A stretch of 64,000 nt of DNA, taken from the NCBI GenBank assembly GCA_951406725.2, contig OX597823.1, positions 19,034,001 through 19,098,000 on the forward strand, given 5' to 3'. Source of the stretch: Octopus vulgaris (Eukaryota). A program made the translations under genes and the position numbers. Below, piece by piece: positions 26,008 through 39,349 of the stretch (the first letter of the stretch is position 1; the number at the start of each line of letters is the position of its first letter). The notes below the pieces were generated by a model, which was not told where the DNA came from, did not search any database, and saw only the letters and a program-made list of their open reading frames with translations.

Positions 26008-26529
26008 GTATGTACATGTATTTATATATATATGTACGTACATGTATTTATATATATGTGTGTGTACATGTACATATGTAAAAAGCACCATATGTAAAAA
26101 GCACCTGGTCCCCGTGCCGGTGGCACATAAAAAGCACCATCCGTCCGTGGCCGTTTGCCAGCTCCATCTGGCACCTGTGCGGGTGGCACGTAAAAAGCAC
26201 CCACTACACTCACGGAGTGGTTGGCGTTAGGAAGGGCATCCAGCCATAGAAACACTGCCAGATCAGACTGGGCCTGATGCAGCCTTCTGGCTTCACAGAC
26301 CCCAGTTGAACCGTCCAACCCATGCTAGCATGGAAATCGGATGCTAAACGATGATGATGATGATGATGATATATATGCATATCAAGGGATGACCACTACG
26401 TGGACAACCCTTATGCTAGAAGTAGATCCGCGATGGTCTTACGACTAAGAAATGTTCTCAAGAAAAACTTAGCAAACACCAGAATGTAAGCGAGCAAGAG
26501 AAATGAAAAGTAACAAAAATATAGATTAT

Positions 26530-26602
26530 TCACATACATGTTTCACCATTAACAGATTACGTAATTTTACTTATGCAATTTGTCCATAGATCTTCAGTGT
26601 GA
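26530..26602 (-). ncRNA. Type I hammerhead-like motif with intact core and long stem II
   Basis: ucaca CUGAAGA [46-nt imperfect hairpin] GAAA caug UA uguga. 5-bp stem I, palindromic stem III. Confidence 0.75.
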
Positions 26603-26896
26603 TCGTCCATCCAAATATAATTTGTAGAACTATATACGAGGACGTCTGCATGAGGTCAGATCTGTATATAGTTCTACCCATTACACTTGCGGTTATTTTT
26701 CAAAAGTCCTCGTTTTGGCACGCTAAATTACCGGAAAATAATTTACTGCAGTGGCTTTTGCCGGTTAGAGAATGCATTAATTAAATTTAAATTTAAAATG
26801 AGGGTGAGAAATTGGATGTTAGATTTCAATATGCTAGACCACTAGTGTTAAATTGATGTTAATTAAATTAACATCTAATTTTTCACCCTTATTTTA

Positions 26897-26938
<42 letters not shown>

Positions 26939-26971
26939 TTTATTTAAAAGCAGCAGAAATATAACAAAAGC

Positions 26972-27007
26972 TGTTACTCTGAGTTTCACGTTCCCGTTAG
27001 TCAAACA
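26972..27007 (-). ncRNA. Degenerate minimal hammerhead-like motif
   Basis: ugu UUGACUA acg ggaa cgu GAAA cucagag UA aca. Stems intact, core mutated. Confidence 0.5.
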
Positions 27008-27406
27008 CTTTTGTTAAAATAGAACAGAAATAACGATATGATCAAAACTAATTAAAAGATACACCTTTAAAAATGGATTTGTTTCATTGGTCCTTTCAAT
27101 TAATGGTCTTAAGCATGCAATGAACAAAATAAACAAAATAAATGAATTCAATATAAATTCATCCTATCATAAAAATCAAGGAAAGCCTTAAATCGAAGAG
27201 CGGATTCAAAATACATATTGCAAATAATTATATATGAAATATAATTCAATTAATACAATTAATACATTAAAAATTGAAATTAAAATTAAAATTTTCACGC
27301 TGCATTACATAAATATTTTACAACAGTATATATGCATACTAAACCATCAGTATACATATATATACATCAAAATACACAGATGGATGTACACAGACTACAT
27401 ACATAT

Positions 27407-27787
27407 GGAGGCGCAATGGCCCAGTGGTTAGGGCAGCGGACTTGCGGTCGTAGGATCGCGGTTTCAATTCCCAGACCGGGCGTTGTGAGTGTTTATTGAG
27501 CGAAAACACCTAAAGCTCCACGAGGTTCCGGCAGGGATGGTGGTGATCCCTGCTGTACTCTTTCACCACAACTTTCTCTCACTCTTACTTCCTGTTTCTG
27601 TTGTACCTGTACTTCAAAGGGCCGGCCTTGTCACTCTCTGTGTCACGCTGAATATCCCCGAGAACTACGTTAAGGGTACACGTGTCTGTGGAGTGCTCAG
27701 CCACTTATACGTTAATTTCACGAGCAGGCTGTTCCGTTGATCGGATCAACCGGAACCCTCGTCGTCGTAACCGACGGAGTGCTTCCA
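27407..27787 (+). mobile_element. Full tRNA-derived SINE, head H1 + tail T1
   Basis: GGAGGCGCAATGGCCCAGTGGTTAG A box; GGTTTCAATTCC B box. Confidence 0.9.
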
Positions 27788-28209
27788 TCCATCCACATAC
27801 ATATACAGACATATTTATGTCAAACATAAATATACACACAAATACACATATACATATGTATAGATATGTACACAATCATGCTCACATGCAAAAATCACTT
27901 GGTGAATACATATAGATGAGAAGTAAATTTTAAAATGCAAAGAGGGGGAAAGAAAAAGAAAAGAAGGATCTTAGATGTAACAATTAGTGAGAGAAAGAGG
28001 TGGATGGGAGGAGGGGAGAGGAGCGCAAAGTTAAAGGACCCTATACAAGTAACGAATAGGGGAGAAAGAATACTTTCCGTAAGGAAAGGAAAAGAAAGAA
28101 AGAAAGAAAGATATGTAAACACATATGTATAAATACATGAACATACATATATATATATACATGTATGTTTGAATAAACACATGCATATAAATACATGTAC
28201 ATACATATA

Positions 28210-28458
28210 TTGGGTTGGTGCATAATTATTGCGGTTTTTTCAATAAATTTTATTCAACAAAAACAATAACAATACTTAAAAAAACATGTTTAAATTGACG
28301 GTCTGACCATCTGCTAAGCAAATGGGAAGCAGTAATTGAAGTAGATGGTGAATATGCTCCAGAATAATCATTTAAAGATATTTTTGTTACATGTTGTTAT
28401 TGTTTTTGTTGGGTAAAATTTGTTGAAAAAAAGCCACAATAATTATGCACCAACCCAA
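28210..28458. mobile_element. mariner-derived MITE with long TIRs
   Basis: TTGGGTTGGTGCATAATTATTG / CAATAATTATGCACCAACCCAA, TA TSD; residual KWEAVIEVDGEY. Confidence 0.9.
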
Positions 28459-28490
28459 TAGATATATATATATATATATGTGTGTGTGTA

Positions 28491-28535
<45 letters not shown>

Positions 28536-28609
28536 AATGTGACCATGTGTGTACAGTTGGCGATTTTTTTTCCTCCGTCTTCCCTTCTTTGGATCTTTCC
28601 TTTTCCTAT

Positions 28610-28644
28610 GTTTCTGACGAAGAGCTCCGCTCGAAACGTTAAAT
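28610..28644 (+). ncRNA. Minimal type I hammerhead-like motif with intact core
   Basis: guuu CUGACGA a gagc ucc gcuc GAAA cgU U aaau. Palindromic ACGU stem III. Confidence 0.75.
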
Positions 28645-29478
28645 CCTCCTTCTTTCTTTCCTTTCCTGAGCATCCAGTAATACTATACTTGTTCCACGTC
28701 CTCGCGTTGTGTTTTCTCTTTGTGTTTTCATGTTTGGATTAACTATATATATATATATGTATATATATATACATATATATATATATACATACATACATAC
28801 ATACATACATATACACATACATACACACACACGCGCGCGCGCACATACATATACACATATGTTTATGTTTCAGCAGAGCCATTGATCTAGTGGTTAAGTT
28901 GTTCGGCTGACAATCATAGGGTAGAGGGCTTGAGTCTTGAGCTGGGTGATGCATTGTATGCATAGCACTTTATTTTTCATACTATATCAAGTAAAGGATC
29001 ATAGAGCAGCCAAAATCATGCATTAACAGGAACAGACGCTGCAAGCTTTGCAATAGCTGAGCAAGCAAGGATCTTCAAACACTCCCTGGAAAAAGGGTTA
29101 CTGAACTCTCGTCAGGAAATTTATAATCCCTGTATCCATTTCAAATGCTACCTTCTACAAGCATAGGATTGCCCATTCATTGATTAAATCCTGAAAGGTC
29201 CTTACAAACTATAAGCAGCCTAAGGACGAAATACCGTTACCCCTCTTTTGGCCCACATGAACTGGTCTAAGGGAGGTAACCCATCCTTACAGACCTGGAT
29301 TCTTTATTTTTTGGTTACTTACTAATTAACTGACCATAACAGATCCCTGCCTCCCAGAGTTATATGTTTTCAGCTTTAGAGTGTGGTGATCCACTCATGG
29401 GGCTAGGCCCTTTATGGATGTAAAACCACTGGTCACTCTATGACTGGACATAGACTTAACTGCATGTAATATGCATAT

Positions 29479-30392
29479 AGGCGCAGGAGTGGCTGTGTGG
29501 TAAATTAGCTTAAGTGTAAGTAGCTGTATGGTCAGTAGCTTGCTTACCAATCACATGGTTCCGGGTTCAGTCCCACTGTGTGGCACTTTGGGCAATTGTC
29601 TTCTACTATAGCCTCAGGTTGACTAAAGCCATGTGAATGGATTTGGTAGACGGAAACTGAAAGAAGCCTATCATATATATGTATGTGTGTGTGTGTGTAC
29701 TTGTGCGTATGCATGTGTATATGTTTATGTGTCTGTGTTTATCCTCCCGCCCCACCAACATCGCTTGACAACCGATGCTGGTGCATTTATGTCTCCATAA
29801 CTTAGCAGTTCAGCAATAGGGACCGATAGAATGAGTACTAGTCTTACAAAGAATAAGTCCTGGGGTCGATTGGCTCAATTAAAGGTGGTGCTCCAGCATG
29901 GCCACAGTCAGATGACTGAAACAAAAGAACAAAAGTATTCATCAACCAAATTAAGGCAGTTAGCTGGCAGAATCGTTAGCATGCTGGGTGAAATGCATAG
30001 TGGTATTTCATCTGTCTTTACGTTCCGAGTTCAAATTCCACTGAGGTCAACTTTGTTTTACATCCTTTAGTGATCAATAAATTAAGTACCAGTTATGTAG
30101 TGGGGTTGATCTCATCAACTGGCCCTCACCCCCAAAATTTCGGACCTTGTGCCCAGAGTAGAAAAGAATATGTCCTTATTTTTAAGGCAGTGAGCTGGCA
30201 GAAACGTTAGCACATAGGACAAAAAGCTTGGCAGTATTTCGACTGTCTTCACGTGCTGTGTTCAAATTCCACAGAAGTCAACTTTGCTTTTCATCCTTTC
30301 AGGGTTGATAAATTAAGTACCAATTATGTACTGGGGTCGATCTAATCAATTGACCCCACTCCCCAAAAATTAGAAAAAGAGTAGAAAAGAGT
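29479..30392 (+). mobile_element. SINE A (29479-29935) followed by two SINE B copies (29953-30170, 30183-30392)
   Basis: Homology to the family references in this window. Confidence 0.85.
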
Positions 30393-30579
30393 ATCCATTA
30401 ACCAAATCCACTCACAAGGTCTTCATCATCCTGGGCCTGTAATAGAAGGTACTGGCCCAAGGTGCTATATAATTATTAAAAAAACTTCCTACTTCACAGC
30501 CATACCTCTGCCTTTGCATTCATTTGTTTGTTTCATTAATTAAAGTCACACTAAACAAATTAGCATGTTTTCACATACA

Positions 30580-30964
30580 TCTTTATATATAAAAGAGAGG
30601 TTGTGTGTCTGTCTCCTACGATTTAGATTCCTAACTACTCCCACATTTTGCGGTGCAGTTTAACCAAAACCGGGTATCTTATAGTCGTGATTCATATCGA
30701 GCCCTTCTGGGTATTAGCGCGCGTCTACGAATTAAAAAAAAATTTACCATCAATTTTTCCCATTTTTAATGCATTTTTTGCTATTATATAAGGGAAGTAA
30801 CTCTCTAAAAATGTATTATTAAATCTCAGAACGTAAAAAGCTACAGTAACACCACCCCCCCTTTGTGGTTAGCCATATTGAGATGGCTATTATACTTTAC
30901 ATCTCTAAAAATGTTTATATAGTTATTTCCCTTACAAATCCGAGCAACGCCGGGCGATACTGCT
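30580..30964 (+). mobile_element. Non-autonomous Helitron
   Basis: A|TC start; 3' hairpin CCGAGCAACGCCGG; terminal CTAG eroded; homologous to 62813-63207. Confidence 0.85.
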
Positions 30965-31289
30965 TCTTGTCTATAAAAAGAGAAATTTTCTTCCAATTTT
31001 GCGTTAAGCGACTGCCTTAAGTTTCAGTGTATTCAATAAAAATTTTATAAACCCTCTCAGATGTCAGAAGACAGACTTAATGGTGACCTTCAAATACCTG
31101 TGACCTTTTACCAAATAAATGATACAATTGTCTTTTGTTTTGTTTTGCTTTGTTTTTTCTTTGTTTTTGTGTGTGTGTGTCTGTGTGTGTGCTGGTTATA
31201 TCATGGCTTCAGCTAATATTCTGCTTTTCTGCTTCTTTTGTTGTTTGTTCTGTTTCCCTTCAAGCCTTGTTTAGTTCTAGAAATACTTG

Positions 31290-31291
31290 CC

Positions 31292-31356
<65 letters not shown>

Positions 31357-31565
31357 TTCTCTTTCCCTCTCTCTCTTTCTATCTATCCCTATTTTTCTCT
31401 CTCTCTCCCCTTTCTCCTTTCTCTCTCCCTTTCTCTCTCTCCCTTTCTCTGTCCCTCTCTCTCTTTCTATCTATCTGTCTATCTATCTATCTCTATTTTT
31501 CTCTTTCTCTCTCTCCTCTCTCCTTCTCTTTTTCTCCCCCTCTCCTTCCTCTCCCTCTATCGCTG

Positions 31566-31644
<79 letters not shown>

Positions 31645-31673
31645 GTCTGTCTAGCTATCTATGTATGTATCTA

Positions 31674-31723
<50 letters not shown>

Positions 31724-31725
31724 GA
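31290..31725. repeat. (CT)n, (CTAT)n, (GT)n and (TA)n compound microsatellite
   Basis: Direct reading. Confidence 0.95.
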
Positions 31726-32114
31726 CATATCAATATCTATATATACATATATATATTATTTATATGAGAGAGAGAGGGGGTGCAAATGTGGCAGTGTGGT
31801 AAGAAATTTACTTCCCAGCCACATGGATCTGGGTTCAGTTCCACAGTGCAACACATTAGGTTAGGGTCTCCTACTATAGCCTCAGGCCACTTGTGAGTGG
31901 ATCTGATGGACAGGAACTGAAAGTAGCTCTTTGCATATATATGCATGTATATGCATATATGTATATAAGTGTATACACACATATAGAATGAGGATATTTA
32001 AACCTCTTATGGGGATATTTTATCCAAGATACCCTGGTTTAATATTTAATATATTGTATTTTGAAGAGATATTCCTTCAATGAATATATTATACAAAATA
32101 TCATAAAATATCAA

Positions 32115-32318
32115 ATATAATCATCAAGTTAGAAAGCGGGGAGATGTAATGAATACAAATTAATTGATTAATTAATCAACATGTTCACCTACAATTATTT
32201 CATTTCATGCACTGTAATTTTGTTTGTGAAATGAAACAGTTGTGGGTGAATATGTTAATTGATTAATAAATTAGTTTGTATCCATTAGATATCTCTGTCT
32301 TCTAACTTGATAATTGTA
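32115..32318. repeat. Imperfect ~90-bp-arm inverted repeat (fold-back element)
   Basis: ATCAAGTTAGAA...TTTCATTTCA pairs with TGAAATGAAA...TTCTAACTTGAT; mismatches are mostly transitions. Confidence 0.8.
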
Positions 32319-32364
32319 TGTATGTATGTATGTATGTATGTATGGTGGTGGTGGTGGTGGTGTA

Positions 32365-32642
32365 ACACACCATACTAATCGTATCTGTCAGGCATGTGGA
32401 AGAGGGTGTAATTCGGCAGGAGGACTTAAACGACATGGAGCCCAGTTACAATGTACATGAAGCCCAGTACATGAAGACCAGTTACAACTAAAGCCGGCTA
32501 TTACCGGTAAAGGTTTTAGTTACCAATTCTGTACAAGACATTGTAGATCTTTAGCTAGGCTAAAAAGTCACATTCGATCACAGCACCAATAACAGATAAG
32601 CTTCATGCAATGGCTATACTCGATAACGAGGGGGCAGCCATA
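32365..32642 (+). mobile_element. RTE-clade LINE 3' end with C-terminal zinc-finger-like motifs
   Basis: ICQACGRGCNSAGGLKRH and CTRHCRSLARLKSHIRS; tail shared with 22980-23030. Confidence 0.65.
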
Positions 32643-32687
32643 ATGTATGTATGTATGTATGCGTGTATGCATGCATGAATGTATGTG

Positions 32688-32736
<49 letters not shown>

Positions 32737-32964
32737 GTGTGTGTGTATATTTTTATATATATTTATATTTTATTCTTTTGTTTGTTTCAGTCATTTGACT
32801 GCACTCATGCTGGTGCACTATCTTAAGGGATTTTAGTTGAAAGCCTAGTATTATTCTATTGGTCCTTTTTTGCTGAACTGCTAAGTTACAGTGACATAAA
32901 CACACCAACATCAATTGTCAAGCGATGATGAGTGGTCAAACACAGACACAAATACACAAATATA

Positions 32965-33024
<60 letters not shown>

Positions 33025-33027
<3 letters not shown>

Positions 33028-34056
33028 GCCTCGCTCAGAGTAAAAGGTAGACTGTATGACGCATGTGTACGAACAGCCATGCTACATGGCAGTGAAACAT
33101 GAGCCATGACTGCTGAGGACATGCATAAGCTTGCAAGGAATGAAGCCAGTATGCTCTGTTGGATCTGTAATATCAGTGTGCATACACGACAGAGTGTAAG
33201 TGACTTGAGAGAAAAGTTGGATCTAAGAAGCATCAGATGTGATTTGCAAGAGAGACTGTGCTGGTATGGACATGTGGTGTGCATGGATGAGGACAGCAGT
33301 GTGAAAAAGTGTCACATCCTAGCAGCAGTTGAGGGAACCTGTGGAAGAGGTAGACCCAGGAAGACCTGGGATGAGGTGGTAAACCATGACCTTTGAACAT
33401 TGGGCGTCACCGAGGCAATGACTAGTGATCAAGACTTTTGGAAATATGCTGTGCTTGAGAAGACCCGGCAAGCCAAGTGAGACCATGACCCGTGGGCTAT
33501 GCCAGTGATGTAACCAGCCTACTTATGTGTTGCTTGCAAAGACCTGTTGAGGCAAGTGAAATCACAATCAAAATCAAATTCGCTGACATGGCTGATGCCA
33601 GTGGAACGTTAAAAGCACCATCTGAGCGTGATCGTTGCCAGGGCTGCTGACTGGCTCCTGTGCTGGTGGCACATAAAAAGCACCATTTGAATGTGATCGT
33701 TGCCAGCATCGCCTTCTTGGCACTTGTGCCAGTGACACATGGAAAACAACACTTGAGCGAAGTCATTGCAAGTGCCACTGGACTGGCTCCTGTGCAGGTG
33801 GCACTTAAAAAACACCATTTGAGCATGGCTGTTGCCAATACTGCCTGACTGGCCCTTGTGCCGGTGGCACGTAAAAGCATCCACTACACTCTCAGAGTAG
33901 TTGGCATTAGGAAGGGCATCAAGCTGTAGAAACTCTGCCAGATTAGATTGGAGTCTGGTGCCGCCATATGGCTCACCAGTCCTCAGTTAAACCATCCAAC
34001 CCATGCCAGCATGGAAAGCGGACATTAAATGATGATGATGATGATGATGATGATGA
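33025..34056 (+). mobile_element. 5'-truncated RTE-type LINE (ORF C-terminus + tandem-repeat 3' UTR + (GAT)n), inserted inside a minus-strand SINE A
   Basis: LYDACVRTAMLHGSET...ERLCWYGHVVCMD...GRGRPRKTWDEVVNHDL. SINE A halves at 32765-32960 and 34075-34228. Confidence 0.9.
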
Positions 34057-34409
34057 TATATATATATATGCGAAGAGCTTCTTTCAGTTTCCGTCTACCA
34101 AATCCACTCACAAGGCGTTGTTCAGCCCAAGTCTATAGTAGAAGACACTTGCCCAAGGTGCCACACAGTGGGACTGAACCTGGAACAATGTGGTTGGGAA
34201 GCAGGCTTCTTACCATACAGCCAAGCCTATACATACATACATACATACATACATACATAAATATATACATACATACATACATAAATATATACATACATAC
34301 ATACATACATACATACATACATACATACATACATACATAAATATATACATACATACATACATAAATACATACATACATACATACATACATACATACATAC
34401 ATACATACA

Positions 34410-34442
<33 letters not shown>

Positions 34443-34573
34443 GTGTGTGTCTTTGTATCTGTTTGCCCCCTGTGACTGCTTGGCTTCCAGTATTGGTGTT
34501 TACATGTATATGCATATACACACATATATATGTACATACACACACACACGCACATATATACATACATATATAC

Positions 34574-34628
<55 letters not shown>

Positions 34629-35377
34629 TGGCGTGCAGTTGTGGCATGCAAGTTTACATTTTATATAACTCAAAAATTAATTTAAGAACATAAAGTATTT
34701 ATAACTACATTGAAACACTGTCCAAATCATTGGAAACTGAGCTAAAATAGTTACTTTGTTTCAAAGGAAACATGTCCAGATTCAATACTTTGCTGTATTC
34801 CCATTCTGCTTCTTGCAGGTATGCTTATAGAAAAATGCATATGAAATCTTTTGTTCTTCCCTTCCTATATTTCAATAACTATAATTTGTCTCCTGCCTAT
34901 CTGTAAAGTCAATGCCTGTAAGATAAAATAACTATAGAAGACATGCTTTGAGAAAAACGAATGTTACAGCTTTGGCTTTCTCCCCTCTCTTTCTATCAGT
35001 TCTTCTTTGAAAACAATTCATTCTAATTGCTAATGCAACAGGCTAAATGCATGAATGGGTTTGACTTTTGAACCCATAAAAATTCTAACCAAAACATTTC
35101 AACAATCCCATAATACTTAATTAGTCAGCTCAAATGTTGCTGTGACTTTGGAATATCTATTTCACTCTGTTGTAAGTTTTGAAACTATTATCATTAACTA
35201 TCCTCTCTATTGAACAAATTTTCAAAAATTCTGATATCAGGAATATAATATAGCTAATTAATCTTTCATTGATTTACTAAAATTATCTTTCCATTTTATT
35301 GAAACTGATTTACAATTCATGCACACACTCACACATGTACTATTACTTTCATAAGATAGGAGGACCTCTATCTTTAA

Positions 35378-35951
35378 GAGGATCTCTTCAGTTTTGATCA
35401 CAGATTAGAAATTTTTTTAAAACTAAACAGTTTGAAACTGCATATACTGGTGTAATTTCTCATGCTGAACACGATTTACTTCCAACATTTTTCACAAAAG
35501 TTTGTACTTTAGAAGTTATTTCATGTTAAAGTTGTCGTATTTGGGTAATTTTAACCAATCAACATGTATTCAGCTGAAGAAAGTTACTGCTGTTTGCAAA
35601 AGACATTGAAGAACAACAACTTCCGGGTCATCTCTACTAAATGTCCCCACTCTGTTCTGTTCTGTTTTATTTTTGTTTACTGCCTGTGTTGCATATTACA
35701 TACTTTATTTATTATTATTTTTTTGCAAGGAAATGTTTTCCTACAAAATTAAATCACCGAAGAACTAATGTAAAATAGCAAGCTACTGGAACGCTGGTAA
35801 AATATTCCTAGCATCCATCGGAGTTAAAACCACCAAATACTTTAATTACATTCCTGACCAATCTAAAGGATTTTCAAAATATTTGTCCTAATGACTGAAA
35901 TGTGTGTTATAGAAGAAACCACAGCCATATTACATAACTAAATGTGTTCTC
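35378..35951. mobile_element. Possible Kolobok-type MITE
   Basis: TTAA flanks (35374-35377, 35952-35955) with GAG...CTC imperfect termini. Confidence 0.4.
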
Positions 35952-36085
35952 TTAAATAATTTCAAAATGATTCAGCTTAATCAATAAGTATTTATTGTAT
36001 GACCAACCTCAGAAGTCACCACACACTACTGATATAAATATATATATATACATGCGAGTGAGTGAACACATGCAAGAAGAGCACT

Positions 36086-36425
36086 CACATTTATTAGGAG
36101 TTACATGTATAGATCAAAACAATTTGATTCAAATTCAAAATGGCAGAAGGTTAGCATCAAGATTGAAACTCGAAGTACCAATGAATTTGAATTAAACTGT
36201 TTTGATCCATACATGTAACTCCTAATAAATGTGTTGTGTCATTGTCCACTCGCTCATATGTATGAAAGAAAACACTTTGATTCAAATTCATCGGTACTCT
36301 GAGTTTCAAGCATGATGCTAGTCTTCAGCCATTTTGAATTTGAAATTCACAATGGCTGAAGACTAGCATCATGATTGAAACTTGGAGTACCAACAAATTT
36401 GAATCAAGCTGTTTTGATCCATACA
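36086..36425. ncRNA. Fold-back cluster with three hammerhead-like copies in alternating orientation
   Basis: 36141-36180 (+, core decayed), 36292-36331 (-: ugg CUGAAGA cuagcaucaugcuu GAAA cucagag UA ccg), 36353-36392 (+). Inverted arms 36086-36137 and 36182-36233. Confidence 0.7.
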
Positions 36426-36441
36426 TACATACATACATACA

Positions 36442-36507
<66 letters not shown>

Positions 36508-36575
36508 CATATACATATATATATATACATATACATACATATACATATATATATGTGTGTGTGTGTGTGTGTGAG

Positions 36576-36619
<44 letters not shown>

Positions 36620-37019
36620 AAGAGAGAGAGAGAAAGAGAGAGAGAGAAATAGACTAACAGACAGAAAGATTGATAGACAGACAGACAAATAGATAGATAG
36701 ATTGATAGATACTGATGGATGGATGGCCAGATTGGTGGATGGATGAATGAATGCAGATAGAAACTCAGAGAAGCCCACTCTGTGTGTGTGTGTGCTTGTA
36801 TTTTAGTGTGTATTCGTGTTTCCATGTTTTGACATTGTGTATCCTCACACAAGCAGTTTCCTTCCTTCCCAATCTTCCATAAAAACATGTCCAGTCACAG
36901 GAAAGTATTACATTGCTTGGAAAGCAATGAGGTTTGGAAGAAGGGATGGACATTATCTGACCATAGAAAACCTGTCTCAGGGAACTCTGTCTAACTCAAG
37001 CATCAAAAAGTGAACATTA

Positions 37020-37245
37020 AAATGATGATGACGATGATGATGATAATGACGACGATGACGATGACGACGATGATGATGATGATGACGACGACGACGACGA
37101 TGACGATGATGATGATGACGACGACGATGACGATGATGATGATGATGATAATGATGACGACGACGATGACGATGATGATAATGATGATGATGATGATGAT
37201 GACGACGACGATGACGATGATGATAATGATGATGATGATGATGAT
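37020..37245. repeat. (GAT/GAC)n expansion at the tail of an old RTE-like 3' end
   Basis: Direct reading; preceded by AAAAGTGAACATTAAAA, resembling the RTE tail. Confidence 0.85.
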
Positions 37246-37839
37246 GAAAAGTGTGCAAAATGTGCCTGCACATTAAATTTTTCAGTAACAAACATTTATG
37301 CAACAGAGAGCAACTTTCTAAATATTTGAGGCCATAAAATGGCAACACACGAAAACGGGCAACATAGCCGGGGACTAAAAACACAGTCGTACTTCCATGT
37401 GGATTTACATATACTTGTATACGCATTTTATATATATGCAAATGCACATTTGTATCTATTATTAAATGGCCATTAGCAGATATTTTCCTGTCATCCCAAA
37501 GGTTGTCCCAAATCACTCTCCCAAGTCGTTGATAACCTAACCTGACCATGCACAGGTTGCATTAGCTTACATGGTAACCAATGACAGAGCCCTGGTTATC
37601 AGAGATCTGACCTGACATTTATACAAACATCTGCACATACCACACACAAAACAGATACACAAACGCATACAACACAATGCACACACAATACAAGCGTGCA
37701 TGCACACACACTCACGCACACACACACATACAAAACACACACACACACACAAAACTTACACAAACACACATATCAAATACCTGCTTATCTCTTGCGAGAT
37801 GGATTACAAGTTTTGTTGATCCTACCAACAATGGAACAG

Positions 37840-38150
37840 TATACTCAGTGGTTAAAAAATTGGGCTTACAGATGTTAGATTGGAATTTCAATTCCCAGAC
37901 CGGGCTATGTGTTGTGTTCTTGAGCAAGACACTTCATTTCATGTTGCTGCAACTCACTCGGCAGTAGAAATGAATTGCCAATCTGCATCAGCCTTTGCTT
38001 TTCCCTTGGATAACATCGGTAGCTTGAAGAGGGGAGGCTGGTATGCATATATGACTGCTGATCTTCCATAAACAACCATACTTGAACTCGTGCCTTGGAA
38101 GGTAACTTTCTAGGTGCAATCTCATGGTTATTCATGATCAAAAGGGGATT
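37840..38150 (+). mobile_element. tRNA-derived SINE, head H2 + tail T4
   Basis: Homologous to 49367-49700. Confidence 0.75.
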
Positions 38151-38221
38151 TTTCTTTAAATATATATATATGATTGTGCTTTACTGGTAAACTACTAGGT
38201 ATAAACCATTCATTTCATTAT

Positions 38222-38575
38222 CCGGGCTCAATCCCACTGCATGGCACCTTTGGCAAGTGCCTTCTACTATAGCCTCAGGCTGACCAAATCCTTGTGAGTG
38301 AATTTGGTAGACAGAAACTGAAAGAAGCCCATCGTATATATGTATATATATATATATGGTTGTGTGTGTGTGTGTATGCATGTGTGTGTGTGTGTGTGTG
38401 TGTCTGTGTCTGTGTTTGTCCTCCCAACATTGCTTGACAACAGATGCTGGTGTGTTTACATGCCCCATAACTTAGTGGTTCGGCAAAAGAGACCAATAGA
38501 ATAAGCACTAGGCTTACAAAGAATAAGTCCTGGGATCAATTTGCTTGACTAAAGGTGGTGCTCCCGCATGGCCGC
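38222..38575 (+). mobile_element. SINE family A
   Basis: Homology to 13218-13765. Confidence 0.85.
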
Positions 38576-39349
38576 ATCCTCAAAGATCTGTTCAGCTCGA
38601 TGAGGACATCCTGCAAAACCCTGGTAGAACAAAATCCCATCATAACTGTTGAGGAAGTAGCAGAGAAGCTTGGATTTGGTCATTCAAACATTCTTCAACA
38701 ACTGCACTAGAAGAAAAACAACCATCTTTGGCTTCAAGATGAAAGGTGTGTATGTATATATGTATGCATGTATGTTCGTACGTACGTATGTATGTACGTA
38801 TGAATGTATGTATGTATGTAAATATATTTATATGTATGTGTGCATGTATGTATTTGTGTGTGTATGTCTGTATATATATATGTGTGTACGTATGTATGTA
38901 TGCATGTATGTATGTATCTTTCTATCAGGATAGATAACGATACTGAACAAAGGTGTTTCCATTCCTTTTTACCATCAGGATAATGCTCAGCCACATACAG
39001 CAAGGATGACATTCCAAAGGCTGAAGCAGTTTGAATGGGAAATAATGCCCCACCCACCATTTTCACTGGACATTGATTATCATTTGATTATCATTTATTC
39101 CACAGTCTTCAAAATTATTCGGACAGAAAAAATATGAATTCTGTAGACGAGGTCAGAACAGTACCAGAGGATTACTTTTTGTCACGGACAAGTGAATTTT
39201 GAAAGAGGGGCTTTGTAAGTCTACCAGATAGATGGAAGAGCATTGTAGAAAATGATGGAGAGTATATCTTAGATTAAAAAAGAACTTTATCTTAATTTTG
39301 AAAAATAAAAGAAGTATAAAAAAATTGCATTATTTATGGGATAATCCAA
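38575..39349 (+). pseudogene. Degraded mariner transposase with right TIR, interrupted by a microsatellite block
   Basis: LDEDIL..VEQNP..TVEEVAEKLG, HQDNAQPHTA, WEIMPHPPFS, LPDRWKSIVENDGEYILD*, ...TTTATGGGATAATCCAA|TA. Confidence 0.85.

Noticed and set aside
27407-27480. tRNA gene candidates (also 49367, 12050, 15670, 47885)
   Set aside because: A/B boxes are present but continue into SINE bodies, with no clean acceptor stem or terminator.
34625-35330. CAGTGGCGTGC hAT-like start and a non-repetitive AT-rich stretch
   Set aside because: No matching second TIR, TSD or transposase peptide found.
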